This document shows positions 18,787 through 28,499 of a DNA stretch of 64,000 nt, in pieces (within the stretch, counting starts at the first letter, position 1; the number at the start of each line of letters is the position of its first letter). The stretch lies in the IMG/VR virus record IMGVR_UViG_3300028048_000068, positions 72,628 to 136,627 of that record; one strand, 5' to 3'. The stretch is from a virus. Its lineage: Duplodnaviria > Caudoviricetes. The translations under genes and the position numbers were made by a program. The notes under the pieces are model-generated. The model made no database searches. It saw nothing but the letters and a program-made list of their open reading frames with translations, and had not been told where the DNA came from.

Positions 18787-21138
18787 TTACATAACAAGCA
18801 GTCCAATAATTTTTGCGTTTGAAAGTTTCATTGATTTTGTTCCCTGTGCACCCTTTGAAAGAAGATTTATCTCATTTAAATTAATTTTAATTTGTGCATT
18901 GGAAGCCACTACAATGGTTTCTCTTTCATTGTTTATAGGAGCAAAAGCTATTAGTTTATCATCATTATCTTTGAGCGAGTGGATTTTACTTCCTTTTGTT
19001 GCTCTTCCGGTTATTGTAAAATCTTTTGCGGTTGTTCGTTTAATATATCCTTTTTCACTTACGCTTAAAAATTCTTTTGTGTCAGAAGGAATTACCTTTG
19101 CTGATACAAGAACATCGCCATCATTAAGAGTTATACCCTTAACTCCCCTTGCTACTCGTCCTATTGGACGAATATCCTTTGTTTCACACAATACGAACTG
19201 ACCGCGCGCAGTCATCATACCAACTTGTTCATTATCTACAAAAAGAATTGACACTATTTCATCGTTATTATCTAAGTTTAGAGCCTTAACACCGCCTTTG
19301 CGTTTTATGTTATACTCTGAAAGCCTACTTTTCTTTAAAATACCTTTTTTTGTAAAAAAGATTATGTGTTCTTTTTGTTTCTTTTTGTTGAGGAAAACAA
19401 GTTCTTCAATGCGCTCTCCTGCACTTAATTCTACGATGCTTTCAATTGGAATAACTTCTTCAAATTGAAGTTCAGAAGGCATTAAATGGAAGCAGTTTCC
19501 AAGATTCGAGAAAAGAAGAACGGTGTCAATGTTAGTGCCTGAAGCAGTAGCAATTACATATTCTCCCTTACTCATTTTGAATTTATTTCCCACACCTCCG
19601 CGCCGTTGTGAGTAGAGCGTAGAAGTGGTGGTAACATAGATATTGTTTTGGTTCGACAGATTGATAAGTAGCTCTTGTGTTTCTGTCGGTTCTTCATCAT
19701 CTTTTGAGATGTTGAGAATTTGTGTATGGCGCGCATCGCCAAATTTGTTTGCTACATCGCGCCACCCTTTAATGAGTTGAGCATTGAACTCACTTTCATT
19801 GTTAATTATATTATAGATGAATTCTCGTTCTTTTTCAAGTTTTGACTTTTCAGATTTTAACTTTTCGACTTCAAGGTGTGCAAGTCGAGAAAGTTTCATA
19901 TCGAGGATTGCTTTGGTTTGAACTTCATCAAGTGCGTATTCGCTCATCAGACGCTGGCGCGCCACCGATGTAGATTCGGATGTTTTGATGAGGCGGACTA
20001 CATTGTCGATGTCCTCGATTACTTTAAGAAGACCTTCGATTATGTGGAGACGGTCTTCGATTTTTTTGAGGTCAAATTCATAACCTCTTCTATATACCTC
20101 TTTTTCGTGGTCGATGTGCGCTTGAAGCATTTCTTTCCATGTGAATACTTTTGGAAAGCGTCCGTTGTCAAGCATTGTAAAGTTTATTGAATAGTGAGAT
20201 TGAAGTGAAGTATTTTTGAATAGATATTTTAATACCTTGTTTGGATTTGCCTTTTTAGCGAGATAGATTTTAATTAATGGGGTTTTGCCAGTGAGGTCAT
20301 TAAATCTATCAACTCCTGGATTTTCTTCTCCATTGATGATGTCTTCAAGCTCACCACAAATTGTATTTGTATAGACTCCATATGGTATCTCCGTTACTAC
20401 AAAACAGTTTTCTTTTTTATCGTAATCTACTACGCTGCGCAACTTACAAGCAAAACCAGTACCTTTCTTCATTGAGGCTTTTACTTCGTCTTCGTTTAAT
20501 AACACCGCACCCGTTGCAAAATCTGGTGCGATGTATATATCATTGAAATCGCAGTTTGGATTAAGAAGAAGATGTTCGAGTGCCTTATTCATTTCGCAGA
20601 GGTTAAACTGCGGAATCGACGAGGCCATACCAATACCAATTCCCGTACTACCGTTGCAAATACCATAAAAGCCTTTACTTGGTGTAATGGCAGGATAGTG
20701 TTTACTTTCATCTATACCTTCGCGCCATTCTTGAATTGTTTCTTTTTCAATACCTTGGAAGATATATTCGCCCAAAGGGGAAAGTCTGCTTTTGGTATAA
20801 CGGGCAGCAGCGTAGTTGCCACTTGAAATTAATGTACCTGCGTTGCCTTTAACATTGACTAACGGATACCGCATTGCGAATGGCTGGGCCGCCCTCATGA
20901 TAATGCCGAGACATGAAGCGTCACCATGGATGTAGTAGGATTTCATGGCATCTCCAATAGGGCCGGTTGTAGGCTGCGGAGGCTTGTTTGATAGATATTT
21001 ATTTTCATACATACAATATAAGATTTGACGTGCAGATGGTTTGAGGCCATCGCGTACATCGACGAGGGCGCGGTTCTGTAAAACCGCACCACTATATTGT
21101 ATCATTGATTCTTCTATGATTGGTTTTAAATTACTCAT
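18787..21138 (-). CDS. gyrA: DNA gyrase subunit A
   Basis: RDGLKPSARQ, HGD, catalytic AAARYT, GyrA-box QRRGGVG and beta-pinwheel repeats. Confidence 0.9.
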   Translation of the reverse strand: MSNLKPIIEESMIQYSGAVLQNRALVDVRDGLKPSARQILYCMYENKYLSNKPPQPTTGPIGDAMKSYYIHGDASCLGIIMRAAQPFAMRYPLVNVKGNAGTLISSGNYAAARYTKSRLSPLGEYIFQGIEKETIQEWREGIDESKHYPAITPSKGFYGICNGSTGIGIGMASSIPQFNLCEMNKALEHLLLNPNCDFNDIYIAPDFATGAVLLNEDEVKASMKKGTGFACKLRSVVDYDKKENCFVVTEIPYGVYTNTICGELEDIINGEENPGVDRFNDLTGKTPLIKIYLAKKANPNKVLKYLFKNTSLQSHYSINFTMLDNGRFPKVFTWKEMLQAHIDHEKEVYRRGYEFDLKKIEDRLHIIEGLLKVIEDIDNVVRLIKTSESTSVARQRLMSEYALDEVQTKAILDMKLSRLAHLEVEKLKSEKSKLEKEREFIYNIINNESEFNAQLIKGWRDVANKFGDARHTQILNISKDDEEPTETQELLINLSNQNNIYVTTTSTLYSQRRGGVGNKFKMSKGEYVIATASGTNIDTVLLFSNLGNCFHLMPSELQFEEVIPIESIVELSAGERIEELVFLNKKKQKEHIIFFTKKGILKKSRLSEYNIKRKGGVKALNLDNNDEIVSILFVDNEQVGMMTARGQFVLCETKDIRPIGRVARGVKGITLNDGDVLVSAKVIPSDTKEFLSVSEKGYIKRTTAKDFTITGRATKGSKIHSLKDNDDKLIAFAPINNERETIVVASNAQIKINLNEINLLSKGAQGTKSMKLSNAKIIGLLVM

Positions 21139-21259
21139 TTAGCTCTACTCCGAATTTTTCTTTTATTATTTCTATATAATGATATTTCAATCCCATATGT
21201 TCTTCTTCTAATCCATTAAGTAAAAATAGAACAATTTCTAACCATTTTTTATCAGTCAT
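21131..21259 (-). CDS. 42-aa ORF between gyrB and gyrA
   Basis: Not in the ORF track. MTDKKWLEIVLFLLNGLEEEHMGLKYHYIEIIKEKFGVELNE; TAATG-coupled to gyrB and overlapping the gyrA start. Confidence 0.55.
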   Translation of the reverse strand: MTDKKWLEIVLFLLNGLEEEHMGLKYHYIEIIKEKFGVELNE

Positions 21260-23130
21260 TATTCTCTCACCTTACTAAAATCAACCTTTTCCATTATAAA
21301 ATTCTTTCTAGGTTCTACTTCCTCGCCCATTAAATCGTAAAGTAAATCAATCGCTTCATCGTCCCATTCCATTACGTCTAATCTCTGATATTCCGGCGAA
21401 AACATAGAATTTCTTGCTTGTTCTGCTTCGAGCGCACCTAATCCCTTGTTTCTTTGAAGGTGTCCTTTAATTTTGTTTTTCTTTTTGGCTTTTTCTAATT
21501 CTTCATCGGTAAAGTAATAAGTTTCTTTACCTTTGTATTCTTCTATATATAGAGGTGAGCGAAGCCAGCATAGACGTCCTTCTCGTATAAACTCTGGCGC
21601 AAGATATTGTAATGCCGCCATTATAAGCAGGCCGATATGGTAGCCGTCACTATCTGCATCGGTACATATAGCGAGTTTACCGTAACGAAGTTTAGAACTA
21701 TTATACTTACCTGGCACTATATTCATAGCGCTTAGAAGAAGTTTGATTTCTTCGTTGTTGTAAATTTTTTCTTCTGGATTGGAAAGACAGTTGATAATCT
21801 TTCCTCTCAATGCCATAATACCATATCTTGTGTAGTCTCTACCTTGTGCGAGTCCACCAAGAGCGGAATCACCTTCAGCAAGGAGAAGAATTGAGTTTGG
21901 TCCGAGAAACTCTGCATCTTTGAGTTTGTCGGAGGCAAAAACCTTTTTCTTCTGATTCTTTTCAATTTCCTTTGATGCTTCAAGAACTTGCTTGCGCGCC
22001 TTCTCTGCGGCTCGTTCAGCTTTAAGTTCTTTTGTGAGCAATTCTATTATTTGGTCAAATTCATTTGGAAAGCGTCGACTAAAGTCTTCAAGCATTTGAG
22101 TAGTACATCTTTGTGCTAGACCACGAAGTTCTGGATTTGTAATTTTATTCTTGGTCTGACCATCATATATTGGATTTTTTAAATTAACTGAACAAATATA
22201 AACCAAACCTGCGCGCACTACATCGCCAGACCCCAAATCTTTAACTTTCTTTTTGAAGAAGTTGGTTAATGCCGTTTTAATACCCGTAATTGGAGTGCCG
22301 CCATTTTCATTTTCACCACCATTTGAAAAAAGATAAAACTTTTCTCTACCAGTAGTCCAGTTAAGTATAATTTCAATATCAATATCATCTTCGGTAGTCT
22401 GAATATGAATTGGATGTTTATGAATTCGCTTTGGTACCTTTGTATCTGCAAAATCCATAAGACCGTTTTTACTTATATAAGACTTTTTCTCTTTAGTTTC
22501 TGCATTAGTAACAATAAATTCAACACCCTTATTGAAATATGAATACTCTTCTATTATACTACAAATTTCTTCAAAATCAAAATGTATTGGTTCAGCATTA
22601 AAAACGTCCTGGCTTGGTTTGTATATGATGTACGTACCCTGCGCGCGGTCGTTCAAAGGTTTTTTCTGACATGTATCCCATTTAGGGATTCCTTTTTCAA
22701 ACTCCATATACCACTCGGCGCCATCGCGATAACTTGATATTTTAAACCAGTCAGAAGAACAACACGTTGCGGCACTGCCTGTTCCATTGAGTCCACGCGA
22801 CTTGCCGCCGTATGCGTTATCATCAAATTTTGCGCCCGAGTGGTTCTCAGTTAGAAGATTTATCATTACTTCGTTGGAGAAATCATTTGGGCCATGCGGC
22901 ATACCACGACCATAATCGCGACAACTTGCCCAATCTGGACCAATTTCTATTTCTATTTTTGTTGCAGTAGGACAAACTAGCGCCTCATCAGTGGCATTAT
23001 TTACTAACTCTAAAAGCCCCGCAATTACTCCTGTATGGTCTGCGGAGCCGAGATAAATACCGATACGTTTTCGGCAAGCCTCAACGAAGTTTAATTGTTG
23101 AATACTTTTTGCTCCATATAATTCACTCAT
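21259..23130 (-). CDS. gyrB: DNA gyrase / type IIA topoisomerase subunit B
   Basis: GHKL motifs ELVNNATDE, DYGRGMP, HSGAKF; TOPRIM AEGDSA, LRGKIIN, DADSDG; RNKGLG. Confidence 0.93.
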   Translation of the reverse strand: MSELYGAKSIQQLNFVEACRKRIGIYLGSADHTGVIAGLLELVNNATDEALVCPTATKIEIEIGPDWASCRDYGRGMPHGPNDFSNEVMINLLTENHSGAKFDDNAYGGKSRGLNGTGSAATCCSSDWFKISSYRDGAEWYMEFEKGIPKWDTCQKKPLNDRAQGTYIIYKPSQDVFNAEPIHFDFEEICSIIEEYSYFNKGVEFIVTNAETKEKKSYISKNGLMDFADTKVPKRIHKHPIHIQTTEDDIDIEIILNWTTGREKFYLFSNGGENENGGTPITGIKTALTNFFKKKVKDLGSGDVVRAGLVYICSVNLKNPIYDGQTKNKITNPELRGLAQRCTTQMLEDFSRRFPNEFDQIIELLTKELKAERAAEKARKQVLEASKEIEKNQKKKVFASDKLKDAEFLGPNSILLLAEGDSALGGLAQGRDYTRYGIMALRGKIINCLSNPEEKIYNNEEIKLLLSAMNIVPGKYNSSKLRYGKLAICTDADSDGYHIGLLIMAALQYLAPEFIREGRLCWLRSPLYIEEYKGKETYYFTDEELEKAKKKNKIKGHLQRNKGLGALEAEQARNSMFSPEYQRLDVMEWDDEAIDLLYDLMGEEVEPRKNFIMEKVDFSKVRE

Positions 23131-24001
23131 AATATGTATAAATTAATTTCTCCTTTTCATCTAATCTAATGTGCTGATAGGTTTTGCTATGATTTAATCC
23201 ATATCGAATTGCACTTGCTACTTGTTTTACTACCTTACTTCGTGTTAAATCATTGCTAATAAACCATTTTGCACACTCACATAGGTTTTCAAATTGCAAG
23301 TTATAATCTAGTAATATAATATATTTTTGTTGTGGATTTAAATTTATAGGCTTACCTATATCTTCTACATATTGCCAACCATACCCAAGATAGGAAGGTT
23401 TTTTCCCTTTACAAATATTTACAATAGTTGCTCCGTATTTCACATCTCCCATAAAACGACCCGCGTCGGCTATGGAATTAAAGGTATTTAATACTTTTCC
23501 TGTTTGTAAATCTATTTGGTTTACTTTTCTTTTCATTGAATCATGGTCGGTTTGATTTATTTCTTCCCAAGACCTACGTTCGTATCCCATACTTTTAATT
23601 ATATCTGAAATATAAGCCTTATCTGTATTATAATGTTTTGCTGTTTTAGTAAAGCTTCTATTGGCTTCATTTAACCAATAATCTAATACTTCTTCATAAT
23701 TATATTTGGTGCCATTTTTCCCACCATAAGTACAATTATAGCCATTCTCTTTGGTATCATAATAAGCTATCCAATACTTTTCTCTATCGTTTAGTTCATC
23801 GTTTGGTACTTCTTCAATGACTTCCCATTTAGTATTTTCTAAACCGACTTTATTAAGCATACGATAAAGCGGCCAATTACAATATGGCTCTTTTAGTCTG
23901 TCGCGCTTATGGTCAGCCCATCTTTCCTTATATGGACGTACTGTTTGTCCGATATAAGCTAAATTATTTGTTAAATTTGTAATTTTGTATATATATCCCA
24001 T
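23123..24001 (-). CDS. Free-standing GIY-YIG homing endonuclease
   Basis: GYIYKITN...YIGQT...RWADH, REKYWI, GYNCTYGG, NUMOD1. Confidence 0.88.
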   Translation of the reverse strand: MGYIYKITNLTNNLAYIGQTVRPYKERWADHKRDRLKEPYCNWPLYRMLNKVGLENTKWEVIEEVPNDELNDREKYWIAYYDTKENGYNCTYGGKNGTKYNYEEVLDYWLNEANRSFTKTAKHYNTDKAYISDIIKSMGYERRSWEEINQTDHDSMKRKVNQIDLQTGKVLNTFNSIADAGRFMGDVKYGATIVNICKGKKPSYLGYGWQYVEDIGKPINLNPQQKYIILLDYNLQFENLCECAKWFISNDLTRSKVVKQVASAIRYGLNHSKTYQHIRLDEKEKLIYTYYE

Positions 24002-24081
24002 AATTTTTCTCCTTATATTTCTTTCTAAATATAAGTAGAATTATCGTACTTCTACTCTAAAATTTTAGTGTCGGAGTACGA

Positions 24082-24375
24082 TTAAATATCCTCTTTTTCA
24101 ATTAGTATATCATCATCTCTTACATCAATGTCAAAGCCCACAACTTTTGCACCATCAATACTTACTAGAGTTTCAACTCTTGCATCTTTTGATGCAGTGA
24201 ATGTTATTTTCTGTCCACAATAATTGTCAATTGTAATTGTAATTGGATTTTCTTCCATAGTCAAATTTTCTCCATAATCTTTATTTCTTATCCATAAAAC
24301 ATAGCATATACTTATAATACCTATTGCTATTGCTATGTTATTTAGATAATATGATATTAATCCTAGCGTATCCAT
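24082..24375 (-). CDS. Small membrane protein
   Basis: N-terminal TM segment IAIAIGIISICYVLWI. Confidence 0.65.
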   Translation of the reverse strand: MDTLGLISYYLNNIAIAIGIISICYVLWIRNKDYGENLTMEENPITITIDNYCGQKITFTASKDARVETLVSIDGAKVVGFDIDVRDDDILIEKEDI

Positions 24376-24377
24376 AA

Positions 24378-24611
24378 TTAAAACGGTGTGTCCTCATCAA
24401 TTAAATCACCTGCTTGTGCAATCTCCGTACGCACATTTATTTTGTTGAGTGCGCCGGGGTCAACATTTGGCGGTACATACTTATGCGCTGGCCGCCACCT
24501 CCATGCGCCCGCTGACCAAACAAGGAAATATGTCTGGTGAAAAGTATCGTTGTAATCAACCGCAAGGACTGTCTCAATATTACCGTTATCTATTCGTTTT
24601 GCTTTAAACAT
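24378..24611 (-). CDS. Hypothetical protein
   Basis: 77-aa coupled ORF. Confidence 0.7.
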   Translation of the reverse strand: MFKAKRIDNGNIETVLAVDYNDTFHQTYFLVWSAGAWRWRPAHKYVPPNVDPGALNKINVRTEIAQAGDLIDEDTPF

Positions 24612-24789
24612 TGACGTTGCCTTTCTTTATAATTTCAAAATCATCTACATCTAGAATAACTGCCAAACCACCCCAAGAACCGAATAATTGACCAAAATCA
24701 TCTATGGTACGAATTATTCCTTCTTTACCTGTATATTGTGGTTCATCTTTCATATAGTTAATTCTAATTGTATCTCCTACTTCTGGCAT
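24604..24789 (-). CDS. DUF4314-like SH3-fold protein
   Basis: GDTIRINYMKD...GKEG..IDDFGQLFGSWGGLAV. Confidence 0.7.
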   Translation of the reverse strand: MPEVGDTIRINYMKDEPQYTGKEGIIRTIDDFGQLFGSWGGLAVILDVDDFEIIKKGNVNV

Positions 24790-25274
24790 TAATCTATCTC
24801 CTTAAATTTTACTCTATCTGAAAGTTTTCTCGCACATCTATCACAAAATGGACTTATCCAACCTTTAGCAATTTTAGTGGCCGGCCGCCCACAACATATA
24901 CATGTACGGTAAGAAAGTTCTTCATACTTCCAAATTATATCTTGAAGTTCACGATAAATTGACGAAGGCGCGCCCTCATCGTACCAACGAAGACCACCAA
25001 ATTTTTCTTTTACTTGTGCAACACGATAATCGTAAAGATACCCTCCTTTAATTAAAACTTTTCTAATTTCCTCACACATTTGTTTTCCAAACGCTCGTTT
25101 CCATCCATCTGGCATATCATCGAGATAAGTGTATGGATATTCTATTGGCTTATTGGTTTTCCAGTTTCGTATAATAAGGAATGGATAGCGTTTGCAAATT
25201 TGTTTATACTTCATTTTTGTTTGTTTCTTTTTAATTCGTTTATTCATATATACCCCTTTTCTTTCATAGCCCAA
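24789..25274 (-). CDS. Conserved phage protein (QxKEKFGGLR motif plus CxxC...CxxC); start probably near 25247
   Basis: VAQVKEKFGGLRWY...TCICCG...GWISPFCDRC. Confidence 0.75.
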   Translation of the reverse strand: MGYERKGVYMNKRIKKKQTKMKYKQICKRYPFLIIRNWKTNKPIEYPYTYLDDMPDGWKRAFGKQMCEEIRKVLIKGGYLYDYRVAQVKEKFGGLRWYDEGAPSSIYRELQDIIWKYEELSYRTCICCGRPATKIAKGWISPFCDRCARKLSDRVKFKEID

Positions 25275-25516
25275 GAAATATATTCATAATGAGCCTTTAA
25301 ACCATTATATTCTTGTTTCATTTCATCAAGTAGCTTGTCGAAGTATTCTTCGGTGAGACTCCATGTGATTACTTCGCCAGTGGACTTTGATATGAGTTCG
25401 ATATCATACATTGATACACCAACCGAAGTGGTCCAATGAGTTATTTCTCCTACATCATAAAAATCTGTTAAATTAATTGTCATTTTATTCCTTTCATTCT
25501 TGTATAAATAACACAA
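25244..25516 (-). CDS. Hypothetical protein (start uncertain)
   Basis: Packed ORF. Confidence 0.55.
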   Translation of the reverse strand: MCYLYKNERNKMTINLTDFYDVGEITHWTTSVGVSMYDIELISKSTGEVITWSLTEEYFDKLLDEMKQEYNGLKAHYEYISWAMKEKGYI

Positions 25517-25784
25517 AATTATGTTTTAACGTTTCTAAAAAATCAATAAAATCTTTTAATTCTTCATAGGTAGAATTACTATATAAATAAATCAATTTTT
25601 CGTCTGAATTATTTACATCAAAAAACTCTTTAATATCTTCATAACTATAATCTTTATAATTAAATATATAATTACTAAAAAGACATCCTGGTGTACCATC
25701 AATAGTACATCCTAACTCATCTTCTTTTTTCCAATATGAGAACAAACGTCCTTTTCCAACTTTGCCATATACTTTATAAACCAT
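25494..25784 (-). CDS. Hypothetical protein
   Basis: AAGGAG RBS; first gene after a sigmaA promoter. Confidence 0.65.
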   Translation of the reverse strand: MVYKVYGKVGKGRLFSYWKKEDELGCTIDGTPGCLFSNYIFNYKDYSYEDIKEFFDVNNSDEKLIYLYSNSTYEELKDFIDFLETLKHNFVLFIQE

Positions 25785-25812
25785 TTTTATACTCCTTTCT
25801 TATTCTATTATA

Positions 25813-25841
25813 ATTATATCATATTTTAATTAAAAATGCAA
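25813..25841 (-). promoter_or_regulatory. SigmaA promoter
   Basis: TTGCAT-N17-TATAAT with TG extension. Confidence 0.75.
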
Positions 25842-25853
25842 ATTTAGCCAATT

Positions 25854-25884
25854 AAAAAACGGGCTTAATTGCCCGTTATTTTTT
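25854..25884 (-). terminator. Intrinsic terminator
   Basis: AACGGGC/GCCCGTT flanked by A and T tracts. Confidence 0.8.
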
Positions 25885-26185
25885 ATTCACCGCCAACTTT
25901 AGGTTCTTCAGTAGGAGTTGTAGGTGTTGTAGGATTTTCTTTTCCACCTTCTTCTCCGCCTTCTGCCTCTTTAGCTTCTTCTGCCTTAATAAAATCTGCA
26001 TCAGCCTTACTAATAAGTCCTGCTGCATATGCATAATCCCAAATAGATGCATCTTCATCAAGTGCTAAAAATTGACTAAAAATAGCCGGATTTTCTATTC
26101 TTGTAGCAATGGCTTCAAATTGAGCCGCTGCTGGCATTGCTTTTAACCAATCAATTCTTTCTTGGCTTTGCTTACTAATATCCAT
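25883..26185 (-). CDS. Acidic 100-aa protein with a disordered E/G/P/T tail
   Basis: AGGAGG RBS; TTACTTATA motif upstream. Confidence 0.75.
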   Translation of the reverse strand: MDISKQSQERIDWLKAMPAAAQFEAIATRIENPAIFSQFLALDEDASIWDYAYAAGLISKADADFIKAEEAKEAEGGEEGGKENPTTPTTPTEEPKVGGE

Positions 26186-26231
26186 TTAGATACCTCCTTA
26201 TAAATATATCCTATTTATAAGTAAAAAACTT

Positions 26232-27308
26232 CTATTCCCAATTCACTGTTCCGGTGCTCTTCTTTCTTTTCTTCGGAGGCATTTTTGCCCAGATGAGGAA
26301 GTCTCGCGCGCGGGTGGCAGAGACGTAGCACACTTTGGCTTCGTCATCGTTATAGGCGCGGATGTTATAGGAAAGAACGTATTTACTCTCTAACCCCTTT
26401 GCACTATGGACTGTGAGTATTTTAACTGTATTTGCTTTTAATCTGTCTTCAATTTGAGAATTGGTTAATTCTGATTGTTTAAAAGTATCAGTTGGTATTC
26501 CTTTTTTCTCAAATAGCGACTTAAATAATTCTATATCTGCGTTTGTTCTACAAAGTACAAACCAGTCGCCCCATTCTGCGCCCAGGTGATTCGAAGTCAT
26601 TATAAGGGCTTCTACCGCCTCAGATGGCGTGTAGTTACCTTCTAATACGTGCGGCCGCCCATCCGATGTCCTCATTGCAATAGAGCCGTCTTCATAGTTT
26701 GGACCGAGTCGATATAAAAATTTCTTTGCGAAACGTAATATGTCTCCATAGTTGCGGAAATTTTGTTGCATATAGAAGACAGTTACATCATTGTCAAACT
26801 CTTTAGCAATTAAGTAGTCTGGGTCTGCATCACGCCAAGCGAATAGTGTTTGGCGTACGTCATAGAAGTACATATAATTATCTGGGTGTATCATTTCATA
26901 AAACTCAAATTGTAGAGTTGATACATCTTGTGATTCGTCTGATATTAAGTAGGCCACATGTTTAATACATTCTGGGTTCTTTTTAATCTCTTCAAACAAA
27001 TCATCAAATCGTTCTTCGCTTAAAATTTGTGTTGTGTCAATTGCATTTCCTCTCAGTAAATAGTTACAGTATGAATGGATAGTCCCGATAAACAACCCAT
27101 TTGGATAACCCAATCGTTCATACATTACCGAGGCCGCGTTGTTCGTAAAAGTAATAGCAACAATTTCTTCTGGTGGTACACCTTGGTCAAGTAAATATTT
27201 AATCCTGCCAACTAATGTTTGCGTTTTACCCGATGCGGCCGCGCTTGCGACTAATACATGAGGTTTGTCTGTAGTGATAATTTTTTTCTGTATGTTGGTA
27301 AATTCCAT
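26232..27308 (-). CDS. Minimal UvrD/Rep-like SF1 helicase (358 aa)
   Basis: AAASGKT, AITFTN, GTIHSY, DESQD, QNFR, LCRTN, LTVHSAKGLE, YVSATRA. Confidence 0.9.
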   Translation of the reverse strand: MEFTNIQKKIITTDKPHVLVASAAASGKTQTLVGRIKYLLDQGVPPEEIVAITFTNNAASVMYERLGYPNGLFIGTIHSYCNYLLRGNAIDTTQILSEERFDDLFEEIKKNPECIKHVAYLISDESQDVSTLQFEFYEMIHPDNYMYFYDVRQTLFAWRDADPDYLIAKEFDNDVTVFYMQQNFRNYGDILRFAKKFLYRLGPNYEDGSIAMRTSDGRPHVLEGNYTPSEAVEALIMTSNHLGAEWGDWFVLCRTNADIELFKSLFEKKGIPTDTFKQSELTNSQIEDRLKANTVKILTVHSAKGLESKYVLSYNIRAYNDDEAKVCYVSATRARDFLIWAKMPPKKRKKSTGTVNWE

Positions 27309-27323
27309 TTAAACTCCTCGCGG

Positions 27324-28418
27324 TCAACTGTCGTTGCCGCCTTTCAATTTATTTTGCTCACCCCTAATGGTATTAAGCCCATAGTTTTTTGAATCGTAGA
27401 AATCAATGTAATACGATTCTCTTTCACTTAATTTATCTTTCGGAACCTCTTCTAAAAGTTCAAACAAGAAATTCTCACACCCATCGGCCGCCATAGCTCG
27501 ATGCAGTTGAGAAGAAGCCAATGTTCCAACACCGAGTGCTGTTTTGCAGTGTTCGGACCATCTTGTTGAAACGTTCGTGGCCTTTCCAATATATATCTCA
27601 CCTGTTTTAATGCGAGTGATTTTATATATACCGCTGCCTTCAATAGCAACTCGTTTACGAAGTTCTGCTAATGGTTTCTGATAATATGCGCTCCAAATAA
27701 CCTTGTTAATCGCTTCCGGATGTCTAAGCCTCGGCGCGATACTGCGTAAAATCTCAACGTCATTCTTATCTTCTTCGTCAAACTGAATACGATAGAAATC
27801 CTGCTTCATTTCAACTTCTTTTTGTCTACGAATTTCCTCATTAATGGCCGCGCGCTTACTACGTTCTACTTCTAATTCAGCCTTAATTCGGTCAATTTCT
27901 GTTTGCATTCGAACCTTTTGAATGATATAGCTATCAACTTGATTGTTAAAGTCGCTATTTGCTTGAAGTTCTCTTTGTTTAAGCGCTTGCTCAATCTCCG
28001 TACGTCTACGTTGTTCGTACTCTGCGGCCGTGCTATCAATTTCCTTCATCTTGCCTTCTCGATAAAGGTCTAAATCTTGATTGACTTCTATATATCGTTT
28101 TTCTTTTTCTTTTAATTGTGCATTTAACTTATCTAATACACCGTTAATTTGCGCTTTACTAATTTCTAAATCTGAATTCAATTTTATAGACTCAGATTTT
28201 GCTTCTTCGCGCTTTAATTGTATACGATTATCTAATTCATTTGATTCTTTTTTCCACTCTTCTTCAAAGTAGTTTTTTAATTCTTCCTTTTTTAATACCT
28301 CTAAATCATGTTTTTCAAATATAGTTTTTTCTAATATTTTTTGTTTACTTTTAAGCCGTAAAATTAATATAATAATGATAATACTTAAAAGAAGAGGGAT
28401 TAATAAATAATAATTCAT
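27324..28418 (-). CDS. Membrane-anchored coiled-coil protein with C-terminal GIY-YIG nuclease
   Basis: N-terminal TM LLIPLLLSIIIIILIL, about 190-aa coiled coil, then SGIYKIT...YIGKA...RWSEH...ERESYYI...GLN. Confidence 0.85.
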   Translation of the reverse strand: MNYYLLIPLLLSIIIIILILRLKSKQKILEKTIFEKHDLEVLKKEELKNYFEEEWKKESNELDNRIQLKREEAKSESIKLNSDLEISKAQINGVLDKLNAQLKEKEKRYIEVNQDLDLYREGKMKEIDSTAAEYEQRRRTEIEQALKQRELQANSDFNNQVDSYIIQKVRMQTEIDRIKAELEVERSKRAAINEEIRRQKEVEMKQDFYRIQFDEEDKNDVEILRSIAPRLRHPEAINKVIWSAYYQKPLAELRKRVAIEGSGIYKITRIKTGEIYIGKATNVSTRWSEHCKTALGVGTLASSQLHRAMAADGCENFLFELLEEVPKDKLSERESYYIDFYDSKNYGLNTIRGEQNKLKGGNDS

Positions 28419-28469
28419 ATTAATTCCTCTATATATAATATATTTTTTTTGTTTTTCTCTTTCTATTAT

Positions 28470-28499
28470 ATTATAGCAATTTTAGCGTCGGTGTGTCAA
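28470..28499 (-). promoter_or_regulatory. SigmaA promoter for the TM-GIY-YIG/UvrD pair
   Basis: TTGACA-N18-TATAAT with TG extension. Confidence 0.7.
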
